Shown here: positions 20,492 to 28,192 of the stretch, piece by piece
How positions within the stretch are numbered: the stretch's first letter is position 1
How the letters are laid out: every line of letters starts with the position of its first letter
Source: a virus
Virus record (IMG/VR): IMGVR_UViG_3300026097_000805
Location: 96,001 to 160,000 of that record
Reading direction: 5' to 3' (one strand)
Length of the DNA: 64,000 bases
Translations under genes and position numbers: made by a program
The notes under the pieces: model-generated
Databases searched by the model: none
What the model was told of the DNA's origin: nothing
What the model saw: the letters and a program-made list of their open reading frames with translations, nothing else

Positions 20492-20565
20492 TGGCACCGG
20501 TCCAGGGAATCGAACCCCGAGTTTCAGTTTTGGAGACTGACGTGTTGCCATTACACTAGACCGAT
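20492..20565 (-). tRNA. trnW: tRNA-Trp(CCA)
   Basis: Cloverleaf, loop CTCCAAA, CCA. Confidence 0.92.
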
Positions 20566-20586
20566 ATAAAACTTTTTCCTCCTACT

Positions 20587-20626
20587 AAAAATAAAAAACC
20601 CCTGCTAATATCTCTACTAGCAGGGG
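20587..20626 (-). terminator. Intrinsic terminator of attenuator A (upstream of the Trp...Phe array)
   Basis: CCCCTGCTAG-N8-TTAGCAGGGG stem followed by TTTTTTATTTTT. Confidence 0.9.
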
Positions 20627-20651
20627 TGCGTTAAATAACTTTTCTTGACTA

Positions 20652-20729
20652 CTATGTCAAAAGCACACTCCTGCCTTCGCTAAACCAGCGAATGCAATAT
20701 TGTTGAATATGTTTCATCATTGTAGTCAT
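20652..20729 (-). CDS. Leader peptide A (25 aa, MTTMMKHIQQYCIRWFSEGRSVLLT)
   Basis: Translated by hand; lies between a promoter and a terminator, ends TAG TAG, and includes the antiterminator 5' strand. Confidence 0.8.
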   Translation of the reverse strand: MTTMMKHIQQYCIRWFSEGRSVLLT

Positions 20730-20766
20730 TTCTATTTCTCTTTGTTTAATTTCTTAGTATGTGTAT

Positions 20767-20795
20767 ACTATACACGTTTATTTATCTTCTGTCAA
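20767..20795 (-). promoter_or_regulatory. Sigma70-type promoter for leader A with nested ATAAATA motif
   Basis: TTGACA-N17-TATAGT; GATAAATA within the spacer (20779-20786). Confidence 0.8.
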
Positions 20796-20810
20796 CCGTT
20801 TATTTTACTT

Positions 20811-20834
20811 TTTGACAATTTAGATACAATATTT
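20811..20834. repeat. 24-nt inverted repeat, downstream arm
   Basis: TTTGACAATTTAGATACAATATTT, exact reverse complement of 22211-22234. Confidence 0.95.
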
Positions 20835-20838
20835 TAAA

Positions 20839-20913
20839 TGGTACACCGTAGGGGAATCGAACCCCTCTTTCCTGCGTGAAAGGCAAGCGTCCTAACCGAT
20901 AGACGAACGGTGC
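20839..20913 (-). tRNA. trnE: tRNA-Glu(TTC)
   Basis: Cloverleaf, loop CTTTCAC, CCA. Confidence 0.94.
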
Positions 20914-20918
20914 ATATA

Positions 20919-20995
<77 letters not shown>

Positions 20996-21001
20996 AATAA
21001 T

Positions 21002-21094
21002 TGGCGGTGAGGGTGGGATTTGAACCCACGGAACGCTATTAACGTTCGTCTGTTTTCAAGACAGGTGCAATAAGCCGGACTCTGCCACCTCACC
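21002..21094 (-). tRNA. trnS: tRNA-Ser(TGA)
   Basis: Loop CTTGAAA, long variable arm, G73, CCA. Confidence 0.93.
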
Positions 21095-21101
21095 AATAAA
21101 T

Positions 21102-21397
21102 TGGCAGCCCGTTAGCCACACACCGTTGGAATGATGCTTGTGACCCCTACACTGTAATAGCCCTGCTGTCTAGTTTATCAGTCTAGGGCACAAACTATTG
21201 TTTAGGTATAGGACTTTTGCTTCTCACTAAAGACCGCCACGGACCAACGGACGGCACTCTTTAGAACTAACACTAATGCAAAGAGCAAGTGGTTAACCAA
21301 TGCATCGACCTAGTTACTTGATAGACTATATCATATCTTTCGCTACTATCGGGCGGTTCAGGCCCTTATCGCCGTCTCTTTCGAGCTAGTGTGTAGT
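21102..21397 (-). ncRNA. Unidentified ~296-nt structured RNA inside the tRNA array
   Basis: Occupies a tRNA-like slot, ends GCCA, has no T-arm; many hairpins and long-range pairings (see findings). Confidence 0.65.
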
Positions 21398-21473
21398 TGG
21401 TAGCGGGAGCAGGAATCGAACCTACCTCAGTCCGGCTTATGAGACCAGTGAGTTCCCAGAACTCTATCCCGCA
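21398..21473 (-). tRNA. trnM: tRNA-Met(CAT), initiator-like
   Basis: Loop CTCATAA; 1:72 mismatch (T:T) and GCGGGA acceptor resemble fMet tRNA, although the anticodon stem lacks three consecutive G-C pairs. Confidence 0.85.
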
Positions 21474-21476
21474 ACT

Positions 21477-21550
21477 TGGAGCGGATACCGAGAATCGAAC
21501 TCGGACGATCACGTTGGCAACGTGAGAGGCTACCTTTACATCATATCCGC
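21477..21550 (-). tRNA. trnG: tRNA-Gly(GCC)
   Basis: Loop TTGCCAA, U73, CCA. Confidence 0.92.
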
Positions 21551-21554
21551 AATA

Positions 21555-21630
21555 TGGTGGAGATACGCGGGATCGAACCGCGGACCTGAAGCTTGCAAAG
21601 CTACTGCTCTCCCATCTGAGCTATATCCCC
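21555..21630 (-). tRNA. trnA: tRNA-Ala(TGC)
   Basis: Loop TTTGCAA, G3:U70, CCA. Confidence 0.95.
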
Positions 21631-21635
21631 ATTAA

Positions 21636-21712
<77 letters not shown>

Positions 21713-21719
21713 TTTAATA

Positions 21720-21802
21720 TGGTGCCCTGGGGGAGACTCGAACTCCCACTCCGAAGAACTGGTACCTAAAACCAGCGTGTCTACCAATTCCACCACCAGG
21801 GC
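21720..21802 (-). tRNA. trnL: tRNA-Leu(TAG)
   Basis: Loop TTTAGGT, variable arm, CCA. Confidence 0.93.
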
Positions 21803-21808
21803 AATTTA

Positions 21809-21883
21809 TGGTGCTGATGGAGAGAATCGAACTCCCAATCTACGCATTACAAGTGCGTTGCCTTACCATTCGGCCACATCAGC
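21809..21883 (-). tRNA. trnT: tRNA-Thr(TGT)
   Basis: Loop CTTGTAA, CCA. Confidence 0.94.
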
Positions 21884-21889
21884 AATATT

Positions 21890-21964
21890 TGGAGCGGGTG
21901 GACGGGATCGAACCGACGACACCTGACTTGGAAGGACAGTGCTCTACCACTGAGCTACACCCGC
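21890..21964 (-). tRNA. trnG: tRNA-Gly(TCC)
   Basis: Loop CTTCCAA, U73, CCA. Confidence 0.93.
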
Positions 21965-21968
21965 AATA

Positions 21969-22057
21969 TGGCGGAGCGACTGGGAGTCGAACCCAGTGAA
22001 CGCGGTTAGCGTTCTACGGATTAGCAATCCGCTGCATTACCATCCTGCCCCCGCTCC
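21969..22057 (-). tRNA. trnS: tRNA-Ser(GCT)
   Basis: Loop TTGCTAA, long variable arm, CCA. Confidence 0.93.
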
Positions 22058-22066
22058 GTATGTGTT

Positions 22067-22122
22067 TGGCTCTACCCTCCCCTCTGGGCGATTTAACTAA
22101 CGAGGCATCTTGCGTTAGTACC
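22067..22122 (-). other. 56-nt non-tRNA unit ending in GCCA
   Basis: Lies between tRNA-Asn and tRNA-Ser; ACTAACG/CGTTAGT stem; no T-arm. Confidence 0.4.
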
Positions 22123-22127
22123 ATGTT

Positions 22128-22202
22128 TGGCTCCCGGTGTTGGAATCGAACCAACCAATGACGGATTAACAGTCCGCTCCCCCACCTTGGGGGCAACCGG
22201 GA
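22128..22202 (-). tRNA. trnN: tRNA-Asn(GTT)
   Basis: Loop CTGTTAA, CCCC/GGGG D-stem, CCA. Confidence 0.9.
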
Positions 22203-22210
22203 ATAAACCT

Positions 22211-22234
22211 AAATATTGTATCTAAATTGTCAAA
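22211..22234. repeat. 24-nt inverted repeat, upstream arm
   Basis: Exact reverse complement of 20811-20834. Confidence 0.95.
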
Positions 22235-22261
22235 GAGCGTGTAGCAAGTTCTTCTTGCTAC
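22228..22261 (-). promoter_or_regulatory. rrn-like boxB hairpin plus boxA
   Basis: GTAGCAAG-AAGAA-CTTGCTAC hairpin, then GCTCTTTGACA (boxA consensus TGCTCTTTAACA-like). Confidence 0.7.
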
Positions 22262-22272
22262 GTTATGTATAT

Positions 22273-22301
22273 ACTATACTACTTTATTCTGTGCCTGTCA
22301 A
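22273..22301 (-). promoter_or_regulatory. Sigma70-type promoter directly upstream of the Asn...Glu array
   Basis: TTGACA-N17-TATAGT. Confidence 0.8.
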
Positions 22302-22321
22302 CTACTATTTTGCCTTAAACC

Positions 22322-22360
22322 AAAAAAAAACCTTCCTTGCTGTGTGCTTGGAAGGTTTTT
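22322..22360 (-). terminator. Intrinsic terminator of attenuator B
   Basis: AAAAACCTTCC-N13-GGAAGG followed by T9. Confidence 0.9.
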
Positions 22361-22384
22361 GGAATCTTGTTAGCTAATGCTCGC

Positions 22385-22474
22385 TTACGTTCCGCAACCC
22401 TCCAGGCATAGACTACCCGCTGGATTTTCCGATCCAGGTGTCCATGTATCTAATGTGAGTACGAATGTAAACAT
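22385..22474 (-). CDS. Leader peptide B (29 aa, MFTFVLTLDTWTPGSENPAGSLCLEGCGT)
   Basis: Translated by hand; AAGGA SD, GATAAATA motif upstream, includes the antiterminator 5' strand. Confidence 0.8.
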   Translation of the reverse strand: MFTFVLTLDTWTPGSENPAGSLCLEGCGT

Positions 22475-22563
22475 TGAAAGTTTTTTCCTTATTAACTATG
22501 CATTTATTTATCATCTAGATAAAAAACACGCACATATTGGCTTATTTTTGGAACTTTGCTGTG

Positions 22564-23160
22564 TTAATATCTCTTAGGATGAATAAATGAAGAAATAGAA
22601 AATCTACCATCTATTGCATCATCCGACTGCATTTTTACCGGTTCTACATTATGTATTAAACAACTGGGAAATAGCACAGTTCTTGCATTCTTCAGTTGAA
22701 TATTGTTGCCTGCAATATTAAAATCTCCACCTGTAAACTTTTTTGGTTCCTTAAATAACCATGTAATACACGACATCAAAGCTGTATCTGCATGAGGCTT
22801 GTAATAGTCGCCTTCATTGTACCTTGATAACAACACGTCATACTCGAACTCACAAAATAAGAATTCAAAAAAATTACTTTTGCTTGCTAAACTTTGCTTT
22901 ATCTGTAGATCATAAAGTTTTTTATGAACATTAATAATATCACTATATTCCGGATTTATCACTTGATGAATCCAGATTCCTTTATTCTTTTTTAAATCTT
23001 GGCCTGTTAGATCAATTGCTGACCCAGTATTATTAGGGTTAAGCAACTTTGAAGACAAAAATGATACTTCTTTCCAAATTGCAGAAATTTCTTTGTCGTC
23101 AAAAAAATTGTCTATAATAGCAACAGGTAAGTCTTTTACTTTAAGGATTTGTAAATGCAT
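22564..23160 (-). CDS. 2OG-Fe(II) oxygenase (prolyl-hydroxylase-like)
   Basis: YKPHAD (HxD), GGDF, FPS..IHNV, RFS motifs. Confidence 0.85.
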   Translation of the reverse strand: MHLQILKVKDLPVAIIDNFFDDKEISAIWKEVSFLSSKLLNPNNTGSAIDLTGQDLKKNKGIWIHQVINPEYSDIINVHKKLYDLQIKQSLASKSNFFEFLFCEFEYDVLLSRYNEGDYYKPHADTALMSCITWLFKEPKKFTGGDFNIAGNNIQLKNARTVLFPSCLIHNVEPVKMQSDDAIDGRFSISSFIHPKRY

Positions 23161-23165
23161 TTGAT

Positions 23166-23612
23166 TTACTTACTAAATTTTAGCGTATAAGTCTTACCAT
23201 TGTTCCAAAACTTAATTGTGCTATGACTATAAACTTCTCGCTGGCGTTCTTCATATCGTGTTTCGATCGAGCATTGACGCTCCGTACGATAGCCTGTGAC
23301 GCTTTGCTTGGACTGATTTTTATCAGCGGCAATCATACCTCCAATAACGGCGCCAGCTGCCGCACCTTTGTCGTCACCCGAAGCACCTTTGCCAATAAGG
23401 CCACCAATAATCATACCACCTAGTACATCTCCTGCACTAGCACCACTTCCAGTCTGGCCGTACACAGGTACCTGTACATCCTTGCATACCTCTACACGAT
23501 ATGGCTCTTGTTCGATTACAGTTTTATAATGATCTTGTGTGACACCACGAACATTTTCTGCAAGTGCAGGAGTTGCAATTAACATACACGAAGCAACAAT
23601 AAATTTTCTCAT
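23166..23612 (-). CDS. Exported glycine-zipper protein
   Basis: Signal peptide; GGMIIGGLIG...GAAAGAVIGG. Confidence 0.7.
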   Translation of the reverse strand: MRKFIVASCMLIATPALAENVRGVTQDHYKTVIEQEPYRVEVCKDVQVPVYGQTGSGASAGDVLGGMIIGGLIGKGASGDDKGAAAGAVIGGMIAADKNQSKQSVTGYRTERQCSIETRYEERQREVYSHSTIKFWNNGKTYTLKFSK

Positions 23613-23962
23613 TTTATATCCTCTCTATACCATCCAGTATTGTATTCATCTACAATGTTTACATTATTTACACGATCATAACGGAAACTGCGCCATCCTT
23701 TAGCATTTACGTCCCATACACTCACAACAGCATCTGAGACTTTTCGAACAGCTTTTTGAGTCATAGGATCTTTCTTAGTTGCTGGCGGTTTCATGTCTTC
23801 ACGCAAGGTACAGGTCATAACACGCTTGTCACCGTCTAATTTAGTAAAGTCAACTACGAGCACATTTTGTTCTAGTAATCTTTCTAAATCTTCACGTACA
23901 GGAATACCTTTGAGTGTTGCTACTGTCTCAGCGACTTGAGACGACTTTATCTGCGAATCCAT
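23609..23962 (-). CDS. Small SH3/WYL_2-like phage protein
   Basis: [15 protein letters not shown] and VWDV...GWRSFR motifs. Confidence 0.55.
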   Translation of the reverse strand: MDSQIKSSQVAETVATLKGIPVREDLERLLEQNVLVVDFTKLDGDKRVMTCTLREDMKPPATKKDPMTQKAVRKVSDAVVSVWDVNAKGWRSFRYDRVNNVNIVDEYNTGWYREDIK

Positions 23963-24545
23963 TTTCTACTGCTTCCTCTGCTGTTAAGAACGTATCAAAC
24001 TTCATAGTTTCAAACAGTTCTTCATAAGACTTGTTTGCTGTGTTGTGTTTAACATACAGCTCTGTAAGACGCTTGTTGATCTTCTGCGACTCTTCGTAAT
24101 GACGTTTTGCATCTTCAAACTGTAGCTCTTGAACATGCACACTGCCACTTGTACCTGGAGTACCTGAGCTTACACGATGGATCATCGTACGGCTTTCTGG
24201 CAATACAACTCGCTTTCCTGGCGTGCCTGCTTGTGCAAGGAACGAACCCATTGAACATGCTTGGCCCATTACAATAGTGCGTATATCGGGCTTAATAAAC
24301 TGCATAGTGTCGTAAATAGCAAGTCCTGCTGTGACAGCGCCTCCGGGCGAGTTAATGTACAAACTAATTTCTTTGTCACTGTTTTGACTTTCTAGATATA
24401 GCAACTGTGCTACAATCAAATTGGCCATATTATCTTCTACTGGACCGTTCAACATCACAATACGGTCTTTCATCAATCGGCTGTAAATATCGTATGAACG
24501 TTCGCCGCGACTTTCTTGTTCTACTACCATTGGAATTAGTGGCAT
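23928..24545 (-). CDS. clpP: ATP-dependent Clp protease proteolytic subunit
   Basis: [22 protein letters not shown] (catalytic Ser), MIH (catalytic His). Confidence 0.95.
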   Translation of the reverse strand: MPLIPMVVEQESRGERSYDIYSRLMKDRIVMLNGPVEDNMANLIVAQLLYLESQNSDKEISLYINSPGGAVTAGLAIYDTMQFIKPDIRTIVMGQACSMGSFLAQAGTPGKRVVLPESRTMIHRVSSGTPGTSGSVHVQELQFEDAKRHYEESQKINKRLTELYVKHNTANKSYEELFETMKFDTFLTAEEAVENGFADKVVSSR

Positions 24546-25402
24546 TATCGGCCCTCCTTAATATATTGTACTTTTGGACCTTTTGAAGTAAACTCCATTC
24601 CGGCCATATTTCCTACATAAATCTTACCGTTCCAGCTCATGCGTATTCTGTTGCCTGCTACAAAAGCATCAAATTTTTGTTCTTCTTTGAAGTTATCTAC
24701 TTCCGCTTCGACGCTTACATCACTCTTTGTATTTGTAAGCATCACTTTATCATCTACTATAGTTCTCATTTCTTTCCTAACAATTTAAGATTCAGTACAA
24801 AGTTTTCTACTAGTAGTTTAACAATGATTGCGCCGTCTGTCAATGGATTTCTTTCCATTTCAAGCACATGAGTTGCCATCATTATGTAGGCTTGTTCTTC
24901 GGTAATGTTTAGTTCGCTCCAATCAATAGGGTCTATTGACTCGCCTTCTTTTGCTAGAATAACCAGGTTTCTAACTGCCTCGTCATCTACTTCGAACATA
25001 TCAGTCATCTGTATTTTCAAACCCTATATTTAGAAGACTGTCTGCTAAAATAATATCATCTTCGATGTCGTCTTTCTTTGCTTTAATTGCTGCCATGTCT
25101 GCGGCAGTAAATTTTACGTCTTTGCCACTAACTCGTAGTTCTTCTTCTAAACGAAAAATCTTTTCTAAGCTTCCTGGTCCTTCCCAAATATCATTCATTA
25201 CTTGGTTTATTTTTTCTAAAGGCACTCTACGAATTCTATATTGTCCAAAATACCTCTGTAGAAATCCGTGAAATACACTTGGAATTAAATCGTGTGCAGA
25301 GAAGTTAAATGTCCCATTAAATCCATTTGGATGAAAAGGATCTTCTAAATACTTTGGATTGTTATAAAATTCAATTGTGCTTTCAATATTAGTTTGATAC
25401 AT
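24545..25402 (-). other. Three small hypothetical ORFs (24545-24769, 24766-25020, 25001-25402)
   Basis: Tightly packed, overlapping ORFs in operon orientation. Confidence 0.5.
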
Positions 25403-25410
25403 AGGTTTCC

Positions 25411-25815
25411 TTAATTTACTAGTTGTGATACTAAATTCATTGCTACTGCTGTGCCTGTGATGCTCGAGCCAATCATAATAGCTCTGTCACTCCACGCCAT
25501 GCCCACATATACCCATGCCATACTGGCTACAAGATATGCAAACTGTCCATACATGCCTAGTCCTGCTGAGATAAGAAATACTCCAGCTACTGCTAAAATT
25601 GTAGCAGTCCACTTAACATACCAGTCCGGTGTTCCTGTAGGCGTAGTAGGTGTTAGATCCTCTACTTCTGTTTGTAGTTCTGCAAGTTCTTCTTTGAGGC
25701 GTTTGCGTTCTTTAGAAAGTTCCATTGCAAGATTGCGAGCTCTACTTTCAGAACTTGCTTCCTTGTATTCTTCTTTAGCTATTTCTTGTGTTTCAGACAA
25801 TTTGTTCGATCTCAT
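25411..25815 (-). CDS. Coiled-coil plus membrane hairpin protein
   Basis: Charged N-terminus; DWYVKW followed by hydrophobic helices. Confidence 0.5.
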   Translation of the reverse strand: MRSNKLSETQEIAKEEYKEASSESRARNLAMELSKERKRLKEELAELQTEVEDLTPTTPTGTPDWYVKWTATILAVAGVFLISAGLGMYGQFAYLVASMAWVYVGMAWSDRAIMIGSSITGTAVAMNLVSQLVN

Positions 25816-26503
25816 ATTTTGCGCCTAGTGCGTAGACATTGTAATCATAACCTATAACTTTTGTTATACTGCCGGTTTCGCTTTTAATATTAACTTTACC
25901 TTGTTGTGCAAGAAACTGCCAAGCAGCCAATCCCATGTCAGTCAGCGGAAACTGTAGCCTTACAAGATAGTTGTCGGGTGTACGCCAATACTGTATGTCC
26001 AGCTTGCTACGGCTGCTTCTACGCTTTACTGTGCCTACATATTCAATAGTAGTATGCAAGCCGTGTTGCTGTTTATTGGGCAAGCTGGTGTGTGCATTAA
26101 AGATAGCTTCTGTTGCCTTGTCTTCTTCATAGAAGTCAGGCAGCTTCAACAACGGACTAACACTGTCCTTGTTGACGCGACGAGGCGATTCAATCAAGTC
26201 ATCCACAGCCAACATAAACTTTGAAATACGTGTATTCTGTAGGCGCCGCATTAGAATCTTGTTGCGAAAGTGCTTGCGCACAACAATAGCTCGTTCTCTA
26301 TCTTCTGCTTCGATAGTATCTTTAATAGAGGTATAGCCATGCAATACTTCTGCAATCTCACTATATTGGTTGCCTGTGCGAAGCATAGCACACACTATTG
26401 CCAGAGGATCGTTATCAAACTCTAGATACACGGGCTCTGAAAGGCCTGCCTGTGCTTGATTACAATCCCACTCAGTCCACTCGTCTATCGCGACTGTGTT
26501 CAT
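25793..26503 (-). CDS. Hypothetical protein
   Basis: Probable start MNTVAI directly after the upstream stop. Confidence 0.5.
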   Translation of the reverse strand: MNTVAIDEWTEWDCNQAQAGLSEPVYLEFDNDPLAIVCAMLRTGNQYSEIAEVLHGYTSIKDTIEAEDRERAIVVRKHFRNKILMRRLQNTRISKFMLAVDDLIESPRRVNKDSVSPLLKLPDFYEEDKATEAIFNAHTSLPNKQQHGLHTTIEYVGTVKRRSSRSKLDIQYWRTPDNYLVRLQFPLTDMGLAAWQFLAQQGKVNIKSETGSITKVIGYDYNVYALGAKYEIEQIV

Positions 26504-26504
26504 T

Positions 26505-27224
26505 TTAGTCCCAAAGATTTTCGTAGTATTTGCCAAAGAGCCTAAAGCCATTTGAAATCCTTTCTTGATATTTCTTTCTACCTTCCCAATCATACTCTTT
26601 GGTATCATTAGGTCCACGAACCATTTCACTCATACCACCTTTAAGTGTCTTGAACTGAATATCACTTTCGCCTGTTTCAAACTGATCTTCCCAACTATCA
26701 TCTAGTTTGCTTTCAAACGCAAAAATCATTTCGTCCAGTACCCAGTCCCAACGTTCAAAGAACTTTTCGTCTGTAGTACCGTCGTACTCGTATTTCCTCG
26801 TATCAATCTCGTTAGCTCTCAAAGACTCAGGCACATCTTCCATATCTACGTTAGGAGCACCGTGCTTGGTTGCTTTTAGCTGTACAAGCATGGGCAAGAT
26901 AATGTGTGCAAGTGTTTCATCCATGCTCCAAGTGTCCCAGCGATCAATATGCACTTGAATCTTACGCTGCTTCTTTGAGTGTGCCCAGCTTAGGAAACGT
27001 GCTAGCAGAGTTTCGTGACGATTACGATCCCACCCATGTATTTCACCTACTTTAGGATCTGGCTCTACACTACCGTGAGCCAGCCATTCACCAAAGTTGT
27101 GTACCCAGTCTGGCTTACGGGGAATGCCATATTCGTCTTCTACTGGCTTTGCCCAAAAGCAAAGTTTTTCAGCGAGCTGATATGGGCCGATCCAGTTTGT
27201 GTATGGTCCTATACGTACTTTCAT
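26505..27224 (-). CDS. Hypothetical phage protein
   Basis: Probable start MKVRIG; W..DEMIFAFE and GF.LFGKYY.NLWD motifs seen in large phages. Confidence 0.55.
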   Translation of the reverse strand: MKVRIGPYTNWIGPYQLAEKLCFWAKPVEDEYGIPRKPDWVHNFGEWLAHGSVEPDPKVGEIHGWDRNRHETLLARFLSWAHSKKQRKIQVHIDRWDTWSMDETLAHIILPMLVQLKATKHGAPNVDMEDVPESLRANEIDTRKYEYDGTTDEKFFERWDWVLDEMIFAFESKLDDSWEDQFETGESDIQFKTLKGGMSEMVRGPNDTKEYDWEGRKKYQERISNGFRLFGKYYENLWD

Positions 27225-27371
27225 TTCTTGTTCCTTGTTGTACACTTGCCGCTCATGCACATTGAACAATAGTGCTTGCGGTCTTCATGCTCGAATCCAT
27301 AAGCTATTATAACATCACATCCGTCACAGAGCAAGGCCCCACGGCCTCCATTAAATTTAACTTGTGCAACT

Positions 27372-28192
27372 TTATATTGCTTCGTCATAATTAACTACCT
27401 TGACATTGCGTTCTTTGCCTTCGATGGTAAATGTTCTTGCATACTCTAATGCATCGTTGATGTCGTCAAACAACACAGGACGCAGGTCCCACATGTCACA
27501 CGACCCTGTGTCTTCTGTGACAAAGATCCAATCGTCTTTGCCGTCCAAACATACCATTATCGCCCAAGGTTGATCTGTGTAATCTTCAAGACTCATTCCA
27601 GGTAAATCCACAAAAATAATCGCCTCTAGGGCATTGTCCGTTATTAAATCCAATATCTCGATTCTCGCCGCCACCTAGAAATGCAAATACACCTCCAGTT
27701 GCGCCAAACATCAATACCATTCCAATTATTACTTCTTTCATACGCCTGCCTCTTTTCTCAGTTCTTCTGCTCGTTCCATTAGGAAACTGTACTGCTTGAT
27801 GTCACCGTTTCGCTGTGCCTTTTGAGCAACTTCCAGTGTTTCCAAATACTTTTTCTTTGCTTTTTCTTTAGGCGATTTAAATAGTCCAAACATTATCCTT
27901 CCTTCTCTAAATCCCACTGTACCTTATTAGGTGGTGCTGGAGGAGTTCTTGACTTCTCCTTGGTGAATACATAAAAAGTAAAGAACAAACAAGTAAGAAG
28001 CACGGTGTGTCCAATAATGTTGTATCCAATAAACAGTAGTTCTGCTGTGTAGATACCAAAGCCGATACACCACATTGCCGCAAGTAGATTGCTTGCTAAG
28101 AACTTGTATTCCATAGGACTGTTGCGTAGTCCGTTCTTTGTAGCATCCAAGATGCCGTAGGCAAAAGTGCCCAAGTTAATCCAACCTCTCAT
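27372..28192 (-). other. Small hypothetical ORFs (27372-27674, 27893-28192 and shorter)
   Basis: Packed minus-strand ORFs; one is membrane-like. Confidence 0.45.

Noticed and set aside
21102-21397. The 296-nt RNA as a theta/HDV-like ribozyme, group I intron or RNase P RNA
   Set aside because: GG-CTAA before a P2-like strand fits HDV J4/2, but about 250 nt replace the short P3/L3. An ATGATATAGTCT S-like motif has no correctly placed R partner or flanking exons. AAAAGTCC is in the wrong position for RNase P and the other conserved regions are missing.
22377-22577. Plus-strand 66-aa ORF
   Set aside because: It is antisense to leader B and its terminator, with no SD; the minus-strand architecture explains the region.
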